DNA of 64,000 nt from Vicugna vicugna (lineage: Eukaryota), in contig MU058584.1 in NCBI GenBank assembly GCA_013265495.1, positions 1,152,616-1,216,615 on the forward strand, read 5' to 3'. The position numbers and the translations under genes are program-made. The notes under the pieces were generated by a model that was given only the letters and a program-made list of their open reading frames with translations, did no database searches and was not told the DNA's origin. Positions within the stretch are counted from its first letter, which is position 1, and every line of letters begins with the position of its first letter. Below, one piece after another: positions 36,956-50,049 of this stretch.

Positions 36956-36960
36956 CCAAT
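36956..36960 (+). promoter_or_regulatory. CCAAT box (NF-Y type, reverse orientation relative to RGS5)
   Basis: ggCCAATcc about 35 nt upstream of the TATA box, a typical CCAAT position. Confidence 0.55.
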
Positions 36961-37979
36961 CCAGAGCCGCGGAGGAAGCAGCGGGCTGGAGAGCAGCAGC
37001 AGTCGTGTGGGAGGTGGAGGCTGGAATCTCTGCTCTGCTGCGGGCGCTGCTGCATCAGGCTCTCTAGTGTTATCAGTCAGCGAAAGGTGGCTAATTCTGC
37101 CAGGGCAGGGGCAGGCGTAAAGCAGGCACAGGCCATTCTTGTCTTAACTCAAAATCTTGAGCCAGCCACAGCGAAACTGTGGGGGTTTGTTATGAAGCAG
37201 TGTGCCCCGGGCTGCTTCAGATCTGTCGAAGTCACAGACCGGTAGGACTGCAAGGGCCCTTGCAGAGCAGGCAGCCTGACTTTGTTTTTCAGTGGAGGAA
37301 ACAGATTTAGAGAAGTCCAGGGGACACATACGTGAGCCCTGCAGTGTGCCGGGCACTCAGCTGGATGCTAGGATTCAAAGAAGAAGCCACTCCCTGCTCT
37401 CAAGACCCCAAAACATCGTATCAATATGATATAAGGGATTGATGGAAGCAAGCCCAGGATGCTGTGAGCCTTCAAGGGCCACAAGCAAAGCTTTTTTTTT
37501 TTTTTTTTCCTTTTGGAGGAAATAACCCCTGAGCTGAGTGATGGAAGAAACAAAATACTTTCTGTGATTCTATCCACTAGATTTGATCCACCTTCCAAGC
37601 TCCCCTAATTCTGTAAGCGGTCTTCAGGTTATTCTTTACTTTAATGACCAGTTTAGGTAATTCTCTGGACCACCACCCCCATAAACCCAACCATCCTTGG
37701 CTAAGTTTGTCGTCCCTTCCCCTTCAACACTTTCCTTCCTCTTATCATTCAAGGATTATTTCCATCAAAATTTACCTTATTTGTGTTTCATCCAGTCAGG
37801 ATCTAAGAGGCTGATAAATTAATATGTAAATGCAAATGCCTAAGGTGTAGGCTATGAGTCCAAGCTAAAAATAAGTACCATCACATAATCTGTAAGAAAG
37901 GTTCTCAATTTGGAATTAAAAATGATTCTCATTATGTTCCCTAGTATCTGAAATTATTTGTTTTAAACTGTTTTAATGG

Positions 37980-38197
37980 TTGCTCAGGACCTGTAAAGTC
38001 AATATAGCATATTATGACCTGGTGCTTTAAAGTAAATAGACCAGAATAGGCAAATATCTAATTATGTTGCATGAAGAAAGTTAAACAGTTTTCTGAAAAT
38101 TTTGCTTTAATTATCCATATATATGTGTGAACAAGGCCATTAGATAAATTGTATTTCTAATGGTAAATCATAATCAAAAAGATTTGAAAGCCATAGC
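37980..38197 (-). mobile_element. hAT-Charlie MITE fragment (Charlie18-like)
   Basis: tgtatttctaatggtaaatcataatcaaaaagatttgaaagcca resembles a Charlie terminus; family assignment from memory. Confidence 0.35.
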
Positions 38198-38815
38198 TCT
38201 GTAACACACATTTTTTTAAAATAAGGAGCTGTATTGGATTCACCTCTACCCCGAGCATGTTGTAAACATCAGGCACATAGACATTTACAAATATTGCTTG
38301 AACTAAATGCAACTGTCCAAATTCTGCCACTTACTGGCTACATAAACACCAGCAAATCAATTAATCTAAGTGACAGAATACTCAGTATTCACAGAGATAT
38401 GAACACCGTTGTTGACCACTGAGTCTCATAGTGGGAAAGTGTGCAAAATTAGCAGAGGAGGCTCCTTGGAGTAGGAGCCTAAATTACTGTATGAAACCCA
38501 AGGGGTCTTGAGTACAGAATAATATGGAAAAAAATTAATGTGAGATATTGGAAAGTGATGCCTTGGCCAGGGCTGAACTGCAAAGCAGGTTTCTGACTGT
38601 CTCGGAAGAGTTTATGTGATGAGTGGACTCTTCAAAAATCAAAATTATTTCAGTCACACTAAAAGATACACTAGAACTCAAAATGTGAGAAGAAAAAAAA
38701 AGAAAAGAAAGAAAAAGCAAACTGCAATAGAAATAAATACAAATCCAACGTATATTTGTTTAAAAAACTTCCTAAGGGTGGGATAACCAGAGAGCATATA
38801 AAAGAGGCTGCTCAT

Positions 38816-39285
38816 TGTATTAAGCTTATACAGAGAAATCTACAGAGATTTGTCATAAGGAATTGGCTCACGTGATTACGGAGGCTGAGAAGTCACAAGA
38901 TCTGCAGTCAGCAAGCTGAAGACCCAGGAGAGCCAATGGCATGTGGTCCTAGTCCAGAGGCCTGAGAAGCGGAAGCAAAGGTGTAAGTTCCAGTCTGAGT
39001 CGAAGTCTGAGTCTGAAGGCAGGAGTAGCCCCATGTCCCAGTGAAGACAGGCAGGAAGGAAGGAAGGATGTGTTGTCCCTTCCTCTGCCTTTTTGTTCTA
39101 TTCAGGCTTTCAACCAGTTGAATGAGGCTCACCCACATTGGGGAGGGCAAACAGGTTTACTCAGTCTTCTGATTCGAAAGATAATCTCATCTAGAAATAC
39201 TCTCAGATACACACCCAGAATGTTTGACCAAATATCTGGATGCCTGGTGGTCCAGTCAACTTGACACATAAAATTAACCATCACC
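38816..39285 (-). mobile_element. ERVL solo LTR (MLT2-type), same orientation as RGS5
   Basis: Minus strand starts gtgatggttaattttatgtgtcaagttgactgg (MLT2 5' end) and ends ...aataca. 5-bp TSD CTCAT at 38811-38815 and 39286-39290. Confidence 0.9.
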
Positions 39286-39959
39286 CTCATGTAAAATAAG
39301 TGTGAAGTTCTTTTTAAAGTAGGTTGAACATTTTTTTCCTCTTTCCCTTTGAACATCCCTCAAAATGATAGTAAATGTACGAAAAAAGTATGTAGCTATA
39401 ATAGCATAGAGAAAGGGAAATAGGCCATCATATTCTGAGTGGTTTCAATCTCTTTATGAGAAGATAAAAGGGAACTAAAAGGAGTGGTAACTAAAGAAAC
39501 AAGGGAAAGAATTCAGAGAACACCCCAAATAGGTGTGGTCTGCCTCACAGGATGCCACGGAGGTTCAGACTCCCAGACGCTAGATAGTAGGGGAGGCAGG
39601 AATTAGCTGTGAGGATGGGAGCAGTGGGAGCAACTGAACGTTATCATCAGAAGAAAAGGTCTCCTACCCACAGTCTCTCCCCTAACACAACTACTCTGAT
39701 TCATTTCTAATTCATTTTCTTAGCTAAATAATGCATTGTTTTTTTAAGCTATGATTAACAACACATTTATTGAGTTGAATTTTCGACCAGTGATGGCACC
39801 AGGAGAACCTCCAATCTGGAGACTTCTGGGATGTGTGGTAGGTGGTGAACAGGCATCAGGAATCCACCCCATTTACTCATTCATCTTCCTTATTGTTGCA
39901 GAGTTGTATCCTCAGGCCAGCAAGGAGCACACCTTATATGTTCCTTGATTTCTTTCTTT

Positions 39960-41160
39960 CTTTCTGATAAATTTTTGAAGTTATGTACACGTTCAATTTC
40001 TAGTTCTACCACCCAGAAGTATATGCTGTTCACAAATCGTGATATTTACTTTCTGGCTCCCCACCCCCCACCCTCTTTTAATTAATCACCAATAGATAGA
40101 ACTAAAATCCTTTTAAATGACATTCCTATTTCCATGTTTTCCCCATTTCCAGCACACACAATCCCTATTCATACTTTGGTATGTGGTTTTCTTCCAGGTC
40201 ATTTTTTTTAATACCTTTACATACATTGGATTCATAAAAAGTATATCATAATTATTCACATGTTTTGATATTCATGTAGTAATATAACCTTCATCTTAGT
40301 TTTTATTCAAAATTATGCATTTTTTAGCTTTTGGTTTTAAATTACAGTGATAGCTAACAGTTATAGAACATTTTCTATGAACCAGGAACTTTAAAAAAGA
40401 ACTTTTAATATATTTACATATTTAATTCTCACAGTAAAACCTGAGATAAGTGACATAATCATTATTATTTTTAAAATGAGGGGACACTGTGATCTTTAAA
40501 GATGAACTTGTTGCGGGTTAAAAAGCATCAATATTAACACTGCAAGTATGGAGCCTACACGCTACCTCTGCACTCTAGTTACCACTCCTTTTAGTTACCT
40601 TTTAAAAACTAAATATGGAGATACACTCTAGTATATGTTTTTCCATTGCTGGAGAGAATTTATTATATGCATATATAATTGCATTTATATATAGACCAAC
40701 TGATAAATATTTAGGTCATTCCCAATTTTTTACTTCTGGCAAAAGTACTTCAATTAATATTTCTGTATTTGTCTTCTGGAGCAGTTTCTCTATAACATAT
40801 TTTACAAGGTATAATTGCTCAGTCATGAGACATACTACTACAAAATTATAAAGTGGTCAAACCAATTTAGACCCCCCCCCACCAACAGAAATGTATGATG
40901 GCATTGTTTTTGTCTCATTTTTTTCCCAAAACACATAGGCCAGGCTTTAATTTTTGCCACTGCCAGATCAAAAAAACATATATATATATTATTTTGATTG
41001 GTACTTTTCTGACTGCTGGTGAATTTGAGTTTCTATTCATATTTGTATTGGTCATTGCAAATCTTTTCTTCCGTTAGTTGTATATTCTTATTTTTTTAAA
41101 CCATCTTATTATTTTGCTGTTTGGCTTTTCAGTACTAATGTTCAAGAATTCTTTATATAA
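39960..41160 (-). mobile_element. Old degraded L1 3' region (with an embedded MIR-like patch)
   Basis: T-rich reverse L1 motifs such as atatttaggtcattcccaattttt and gaatttgagtttctattcatatttgtattggtcatt. Confidence 0.5.
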
Positions 41161-41169
41161 ATAATGAAA

Positions 41170-44100
41170 CAAAAGATGGGAGAAGGGAGAAGGAAAAGAA
41201 AAGTAGAATTAGATCATTGATTATTGTAAAGGCAAAAGGTTAGAGTTGAAGAGGATGAATAAAATCTGATAAACAAAACAGTAACAAGTTAAATAAGAAA
41301 CAAGAGACAAAAGGCTCTAAGAGCAGTGTATGCACAAAGGTAACTATGAGGACAACACTACAAACCCTCCCAAACACCAACATTAAAGAAAAATTATAGA
41401 TTAAAAAGCAAAAAGTACACATTTTGTGGAGAGCAAAAAATAGGACATATCACAAAATATACATAATCATACAATATTATGACCGAATTGAGGCCAAACA
41501 TATAAGTCATCAAGAAAGTGTATAGGTGTAAAAAGTTTCTATGAAGCTTACAAACTAAGACCCAACTATATTCTGTCTACTAGGAACACACCTAAAACAA
41601 AGTTATTCAGAAAGATTGAAAATAAAGAGAAGGACAAGTGTATAATGGATATATGAAAACAACGAGAAAGAGAAGTAATTCTGATCCAAGACAAAGAATT
41701 CAAGTCAAAAAGTATTAAACATGACAAAGAAAAATACTTTTAAGGCTTAAAAGCCACAATTCATAATGGAAATATTAAAATTATAAATATTTTTGCACCA
41801 AATAACATGGCAACCACCTTTCTGACAGACAGAAAGACACTAATAATCAGAGACTAATACACTTCTCCTAGTACAAGAGAAAGGTTAAAAAACAAATTTG
41901 GAGATGAAAGTACAAAACCACAAAAACAGAAGGTAATTTTTATGGATATACGTCAAACTCTGTACCCTGATGATGGAAAGTATGCCTTCCTCTCAAATGC
42001 CTATGGAATATTCACAAAAAAACTAGCAAGTAATAGTTTACAAAGAACATTTATAAGTTCTATTAAATAAGAAGATATATTTCAACAGTCTGTGAACATA
42101 AGGAAATAAAATTAGAAGTGACCAACAAAAATAAGAAGGCCTTTCTACATAGAAATTTTAAAACTTTATATTAAAACACTTCTGAATGAAAAGGGGAAAT
42201 ACAAATTGAAATGACAGAATGTCTAAAAAGTAATGAATATGAAAACACTACTTTATTCTAATGAGTATGAGGTATATTTAATGTAGTGATCAGAAAAAAA
42301 TCACAACACTAAATATTTTTTATGAGTAAAATGAAAAAGTAAAAATAATTAATTAAATACTCAGCTCAGAAAACTACAAAAAGGAACAATAAAGGAAAAA
42401 GGATCAAAAATGAAATAATAGAGATAAAAGCAGAAGAATGAGGTGGTGAGAGAAAAATAGTAAGCCTAATTTGTAAACAAATTCCTGATTTAAAAAAATG
42501 AACAGAAGAGACAAATAACTAGCAAAATTAATCCAGAAAAGGGGAGAAATCACAAATAAACACATTAAGAATTGACAAGGAGGAAAGAGTCAATGAAATA
42601 AAAAAAAATTTAAGAAACTTTTTTCAGACTTTTGTACAAATAAAAAACTGAGATAAAGTGGATAATTTTCAATACAAACATTGGTTATTAAAATGGACCC
42701 TAAGTTAGAAATCTTAAATAGTCCTATTTTCATAGAAGAATGTAGCATATGTTACTAAGTATAAGGGTCAAATTATTTCACAGGGGAATTTAACCAAATC
42801 ATCAAACACAGACAGCCCCAATGCTCTATAAGCTGTCCAGTACATTAAAAATGGAGCAAAACTCTGATTTTTTAATATGAGGTATGGTTAACATTAACAT
42901 CTAAATGTGATTTAAAAAACAGTGCAAAAAAGAAACTTATGGACACATGTCACTTAAAAATATAAATACAAAAATACTAGATAAAATACTAAGGAACAAA
43001 ATCAACATAAGACAATAATACAATATCAAAGTGGAATTTATTCCAGGAATGCAAGGTTGGTCCAATATTAGTAAACCCATTAACATCATACATCATATTA
43101 ATAAATCCAAATTGCAAAATTCATATGATTACCTCCATAGATGCTGAAAATGTTTTTGCAAAATTTAACACTCAATAAAAATTGAGGGGTGACAATGAAT
43201 ATATATATGTTCATGTATAACTGAAAAATTGTGCTTTCCACTGGAATTTGACACAACATTGTAAAATGATTATAAATCAATAAAAAATGTTAAAAAAATA
43301 AAAATAAAAAATAAAAATTGAGAGGGATAACTGATATTTCCTTAAGAATATATATACATTTATATATTTTTTATGTTTATTTTTATGTAAATATAAATAT
43401 ATATTTAATACAGGCATTTTCCCCAGAAAGAAAATACAGATCTAATTAACTACAAATAGATAATTTCCACTAAAATCAGAAATAAGGCAAAAGGATGCCC
43501 TTCTCAATATTGCACTGGAACTATTAGATAATGTAATTAAGAGAATCAATTCTAGGCATAAGAATTAGTAAAGAGAAAGGAAAAAAAAAACTCTTTTTGT
43601 GGAAGGCCTGATATTAAGCCTCCATATCCTAGAGAATCAATAATAAAACTAACTCAAACAACAAAAATTCAGTAAGTTATCATAATAGACAACTAATAAG
43701 AAATTGATTAGAGGATACAATGTTACAGAGAAAATCCACCTACAACTGAAGCAAAGAAATTAAATACTTAGGAATAAACATAACAAGAAACGTATAAAAT
43801 TAATGCAAGGAAAATTCTAAAATATTTCCAGCAGACATAAAAGTTAACTCAATCAAATGAAAAGACATCCTTCTCCTTGACTAGGAGGACTCAACATTAT
43901 AACGATGTCAGTTTTTCCTAAATTAATTTCTAAATTTAACACAATCCTCATAAAAATTCCAACAAGCTTTTTTTTATGGAGTTAGCCATTTTGATCCTAA
44001 AGTTCAAACTAGAAAAAAATAAACATGCATGAACACCAGGACATTAAACATAACTACAGAGCCTGTATAAATAGTGTAGTACAGATATATGAGTAAATAA

Positions 44101-44540
44101 TTATACCAACATAACAAAATAGTTCAGAAATACACCTATGTACATAAGAAAATTTGATATATAATAAAGATATCTCAAAACACTGGGACCAAAATAGACA
44201 TAATAAACAGTGCCAGACAGTTTGTTTGCCATTTGGAAAAAAAGATAAAATTAGCTCCATACCTTATATTCAGGATATGGATTCAATATCGATCCTTCAA
44301 ATGGATTAAATATCCAAAAGTACAAAATGAAACCCTGAATACTAGTAGAAAATATGGGTGGATTCTTCCTTAACCTCAGTGTGGAGAAAGGCTTTCCAAC
44401 TATTACTGAAAATCTAAAGACAATAAAGGAAAAGATTGGTAAATTTGACTACATTATTTTAAAAAAGTCATGACAAAAAAAATCCCAAAGCTGAAATCAA
44501 AAGAAAACTGACAAACTGGGAGAAAACTTGCAGCACAACA
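41170..44540 (+). mobile_element. Old L1 ORF2 relic (endonuclease and RT regions; many stops and frameshifts)
   Basis: gacccaactatattctgtctac (DPTI..), aaatatttttgcaccaaataac (NI.APN), caaagtggaatttattccaggaatgcaaggttgg ([10 protein letters not shown]-region motif), aaatacttaggaataaac (KYLGIN). Confidence 0.85.
43187..43309 (+). mobile_element. Young 5'-truncated L1 3' end nested in the old L1
   Basis: Perfect 13-bp TSD aataaaaattgag at 43174-43186 and 43310-43322; AATAAA plus A-rich tail. Confidence 0.85.
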
Positions 44541-44686
44541 GTTTTATGTCCTTTAATAATTGATAGGTACAGCTGGGTTTTTTTTTTCTATTTGTTGTGT
44601 TCAATAATATATTTGGATGTATTTTTACAATCCTATTTTGTATTAATATTTCCCATCTTTTTTAATCTTCTATTTGAGACATTGAG

Positions 44687-44964
44687 TTTCTTTCTTCCTT
44701 CCTTCCTTCCTTCTTTCTTTTTTCTTCCCTTCCTTCCTTCCTTTCTTTTCTTTCTTTCTTTCTTTTTTCTTTCTTTCTCTCTCTTTCTTTCTTCCTTTCT
44801 TTCTTTTTCTTTCTTTTCCTTCCTTCCTTCTGTTTCTTCCTTTCTTTCTTTTTTCCTTTCTTTCCCTTTCTTTCCTTTCTTTCTTTCTTCCTTCCTTCCT
44901 TTCTTTCTTTCTTTCTTTCTCTTTCTTTCTTTCTTTCATTTATTTCTTTTCTTTCTTTCTTCCT
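44687..44964 (+). repeat. ~280-bp polypyrimidine compound microsatellite (CTTT/CCTT)n
   Basis: Almost pure C/T on the plus strand. Confidence 0.95.
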
Positions 44965-47695
44965 ATTACACTTTATTCATTTAATAGTTATACATTATAT
45001 TATTTTAATGGACAGCAATGGATTTTTAATATACATGTTAAATGTATTTTAACAGTCTAAACATTACTCAGTATTTCTCTCCTCCCCACAAATAAAACAA
45101 AAGCCTTAGTTTCAGTACAATACCTCCTTCTCTCATATTATTATTTTCCAGCTAAAAGAAAAAAAACAGTAAGTTATAGTTTCTTTTTGAATATTTTATA
45201 GTCATTATTTATGGAAGTTTATTCTCATGTCACACTGATTTTTGTCTACTGTTGCTTTTCATCTCACACTTTTTCTTTCTCATTCATTTTTCTCTTTTTT
45301 TTATAGTTCTTTCAGCAAGGATCTGTGGGAGTATATTGTACAAATTCTTGTATTTCTAAAAAAAAAAAGTCAGGCTGGCTGCAGAATGTTAGTTCACAAT
45401 CTTTTGTACTGAGCACTTTGAAGACATTTATGTTACTGTTCTCCGGCATCTATTGGTGCTGATGCAAACTCTCCTGTCAGTGTGGCTGCTCTATTGTGAG
45501 CAGTCTCTGCGGGAGCCTTTAGGATGATCTTCCATTTTTCCATACAAAGGGCATCCTGTGGCTTTGTGTTTAATTCTGCTTGGGAGCAAGGACTTTTCAA
45601 AATGAAATTCCATGTCTTTCTTCAACGTTAGAGATTCTCAGCCATTCTAATTTGCACATTGCCTCTTTTCTCAATTGTCTCTACTCTTTCTTGGAGCTCC
45701 CAGTAGACAATGTTGAGCATCACATTCTGGCTTCCATTTCTTAACTTCCTTTTTATATTTCTCATCTCTTTCAATTTCTGAGTACCATTCTGGAGGATTT
45801 TCTCAATGTTATCATGCAGTTGACTAATTCTGTATTCAGCTGTGACAATTGTACTATTTGCTCTTAAAATGATGTGTTCCCTTTCTTAAAACTATAATGG
45901 CTATAAATTTAATTTCTAAGATTTCTACTTGATCCATTTGAATGACTACTTTTGTTCCAGTTTTTATGGCTATAACATTCCACTTTATTGCCTTGCAATT
46001 AAAAAAAAAAGAACCACTTATTTTAAAGTATCTCAGTGGCCTTCCAGGGGGGCTGTATCACAATGGTTAAGAGCACAGACTGGAGAGAAAAAGCCTCAGT
46101 TCAAGCTATAGCTCTACCCCTACCCCTAACTGTGACACTGGACTAATTAAAATTGGGGCAGCTCAATGTTTTCTATAAAGTAAAACGTAGTGAAAACATT
46201 GCCTACGACGTGCTTATAACAGCCGTAGAGTAAGCAGTCACTAAAGACTCACTACTAAAATTATCTCTTGCTTTTTTTATTTGTTTCCATGGCGCTGAAC
46301 TTCCTAATGTTTTATGTGTGTGTGTGTGTGTGTTTTTTTCCCTGCCTGCGATTTTATCTTTTGTGGAATTACTTCCTGTGGGAATTTTCTCCCAAGAGTG
46401 TGCTGAGGTTTGGAGACTGCATGATGTCGAGTTTCCATGTTGTCTGCCAGGGTATGCTGGATGCACTGGTTTTAAACCAGGTCTCATCTTGTGCTGGTAA
46501 ACCTGGAGGATGGGGTGGGAGGATGACCAGTTTCAGTCTGGACCATGCATATGAAGACCCACACTAAAACAGCTGGACTCCTGAATTAGGCAAGGAGGAA
46601 GCATGTGTGAGAGCAGTATGCTTTATTTTAGGTTTTATCACAGTTAGTTGACTGAAAGCATAGCTTGAAGACCACAATTTCTGAGAAGTTGTGGGCACAG
46701 AATTTTAAGAAATTTGTTAGTGAGAGTTCAAGAAGATGAAGTCATGATATAGACTATTCTTTCAAGACTTTGGGGGTGATTGGAAGGAAAGAAATGATAG
46801 TGGTAGCTTGAGTAGTAATAAGTAAGTAGGAATTACTTTTCAAAGGATGAATGAGATATGAGCTGTCTACAAGGTGAACAGTGGGCAGGCGGAGGTTTGG
46901 AAAGACGGTAGGTCCATCGAGACAAAGTGGGAGGGAAATGAAAGGATGATATTTCTAAGGAAATTTATAGTGAAGGGAACAGAAGATAAGGTGACTTCTT
47001 TGGTAGACCCAATCTATCCACTAAGGAGGAGGTGAAGGCGTAGAAGCTTTGGAAAGATTCTCACTCACCCTTTCCATTAGGTTCATGGAAGAATTGCAAA
47101 CAGAAACTCCATATTCTGTTAAATTATTAAGTATTTTGGTAGATGGAATTCTCTTTTTCAGTTGGCCTCACTGTATTTAAATACCACTTAGCTGCAGAAC
47201 AGGATGATTCCCATGGAAATTCCAGGAGGCTCTCACTACGTATGTTACATCAGAAGTAGAAATGGAGTCGGGTCCAGACTCCATGCTTTTTTTTGCCTCT
47301 AAAAGATATTAAAAATAACGAGTCCTACTTTGTCTCTAAAGGGAACAGACAGTCAGCATAGTTCTGTGAGAGCTGATTTTCTGGTATAATTACTCTAATG
47401 TAGTATTTATCTTCAAGGTCAGTAGAGGCTGTTAAAAAGGTTATCCCTTTGCCTGGAGAACAGCATCCTCCCCTGACAAATAATTTCTGTTGGAAGAACA
47501 TTCTGTAAGTCCATGTTCTCACTACAAATGTTATCCAACTTAGCGCTGGAGGACATTTAAAAAACAAAGCCGTCCTTGATCTTTCAAAGCCAAAATGCCT
47601 TGGGCTGAATTCTCTTTCTACGAAATAAGTAGGATCTTTTAGATGGAGGATTAATTAGGCTTTCAATCCTTCATCTCCATCTTCTACACAAGTGT

Positions 47696-47873
47696 TTTTT
47701 TTTAAATAATGTATTTGTTTTTATTGAACTATAGTTGATTCACCACGTTGTGTTAGTTTCAAGTGTACAGCAAAGTGATTCAGTTATACATATAGATTAT
47801 TCTTTTTCTATTGTAAGTTATTACAAGATATTGAATATAGTTCCCTGTGCTATATAGTAGGTCCTTGTTATTT
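47696..47873 (-). mobile_element. L1 3' end (cetartiodactyl-type)
   Basis: tttattgaactatagttgatt...tgttagtttcaagtgtacagcaaagtgattcagttatacata...ttgaatatagttccctgtgctata. Confidence 0.85.
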
Positions 47874-50049
47874 AGAGCTGTTTTGTTTGTTTAGTTGATT
47901 GCTTGGTTGGTTTTGGTTCCCACATCTGAGTGATGGATTTGGGTAGATGACCTCTAGGCTCCCTTCCATTTCTAAGATGCTATGTGTCTTTGAATCTAAG
48001 TGATAACAGCAGTTTGTGTATTATATCCACACTATAATTTAAGTTTCTTGAAGCTAAATAGAGGAGACCCTTTGTCTTTGGGTCCCTCAAAGCATGTGGA
48101 ATGGAGTGCTTGTATCATAACATATCTGTTACTGAAAATACAAGTTAGTTAATTAAATAAATGGCAATACCTCCAAATATCATAGCATTGCCCAGGGATA
48201 CCTTCTTCATGAGAAGTGGAAAAGAGAGGCCATTCTGGGTGGCCATAACAGCTAACTGCATGGCTTAGTTGGTGGAGCACAGGCTGAGGTTCACCCCCAG
48301 CCTCCTTTCTTAGTCATGTGTTTTTGTGCAGAATCCAGCCTCTATGGCTGTGCTGGGCTGTGCGCTACTGTGTTACATCACTTATCTCTCATGAAACCTG
48401 AGGAGTGCGCTCCCTCATAGCTCCCCTGTAGGTCTGCATGTGGGGACAGCTGCATGAGGGGACAGCTGTCCTGGGAAGCAGCATGCCACTAACCTAAACA
48501 TCTAATCTATACCCACAAAGAAATATACACCCTCCTCTGAGTTACTAGCAGAGATCAACGCCATCATGCTTCCTACCCCTTTTCCCCGGGCATCTCCAGG
48601 GGTGAAGCCTCAGTGCCCATCACAGTTGACCTGGTGCTCTTCTGACCCAGTCCTTCTCTCACAGTCACATCACGGGACCCTGTGTAGTTCTGTCTTTATA
48701 AATTGGCTTACTTCCCTTATCTTAAGCTTCTTCTCTTACCGTTAACTGAAATTGAAGTCTCCTCAAATTAGAGGATTTTTATTTTTGCTATTGTTTTTTG
48801 TTTCTTCATATGCTGTTTCATTTCCTATTCTTGATTTCAGGATCAGGAGGTATTTTTATTTTCTCTCTTGCTATGCATTGTCACATCAAGATTAATAGGC
48901 CTCTGTGCTCCTACAAAATCCGCTTATCCCCTAAGACTCACATCCCCGCTGCATATAACACACGGTGGCTACTAGTAGTTGCCTATGTATTACTTATTTC
49001 TTTTTTCTTTCCAAAACAGAAAACTGATTGTGTATGGGGCAGCAAAATGCCCAGCTTTTTTAAACAATTAAAGTTAAAATTTCCCTTGTAGCTAAGATTA
49101 GCCAAGTCACATGGTTTTATCTGATATGGTGGGAGCAGAAATCCTTGGATAGAATTTGCAGGAACTCATTTGAAAAGGAAGCAGACTCAGCTGGCTGTCC
49201 ATTTCTGTCCCTCTCCTTTCCCTTCCTCCCCCCTGGGGTGACAACTTCATGCAGAATGCAGCATTTTGGTCGGCCTTTCCCCTTGGTAACCATGAGGCAG
49301 GAAGCATGAGGGCTAAAGATGGTACAGAAAATGAGCACGGAAGGGAAAAATGAAAAACGAGCAAGGGACAAAGCAAATATTTGAGTTGTTTGGCTCACGG
49401 ATTGGTTGCCTTGCTGGCACAACTTCTGGGCAGACGGAATTCTTACGAAAACATGGAACTTTAAAAGTTAGGTTTTGGTTTGCTGAGGCAAAATCTCCCA
49501 GTATACTGAGGAAAGGCCACCATTAGGTTAATGAAAGATTTCAGTGTAAGGCAGAAAAGACTTGTAAAGCAAATAGAAGGCAGTTTAATGCCTGCCTCCT
49601 GCCTGTGTTTCCTAGTGTGTTCAGTGGCCCACTGGTTCTGTAGGCTCTCAGTGGGTTTCTTGTCAAATAAGCTTAGAAACAGTGTTTAAAACTAAATTAA
49701 ACAATTCTTTTCACCAGAACATCTTAGAGCTTTAAAACTGTGCTGAAGTGGGAGTCAGAGAAGGATCCACAAGTTCACATGGGGATGGACTGGCTGGTTA
49801 GATCAAGGGCTAGTGACAGAGAAGCCAACAGGTACCTTCAGACAAAATCTTTGCTCAGTGCTTGCGTACCAGTTCTTGTCACTGCTTTGACCGCTGTATC
49901 CATACCAAGTAGATGGACATTGCTTGCTGGACCAACAGGTGTTTGAGTTCCACATCACAGACTTGCAGAGTGAAAACAAGACAGACAGTTGGGCTCATCC
50001 CATCTGGCTTTATTCTTCTTTTATTCTCAAAAATCTATGCAAACAAAAA

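Noticed and set aside
41170..44540. Functional or domesticated reverse transcriptase
   Set aside because: Only scattered L1 ORF2 motifs; no plus-strand ORF in the track, frequent stops and frameshifts, and a nested insertion.
44592..44984. 130-aa F/L/S-rich ORF (+) and 89-aa K/E/R-rich ORF (-)
   Set aside because: Both are translations of the CTTT/CCTT microsatellite, which has no stop codons.
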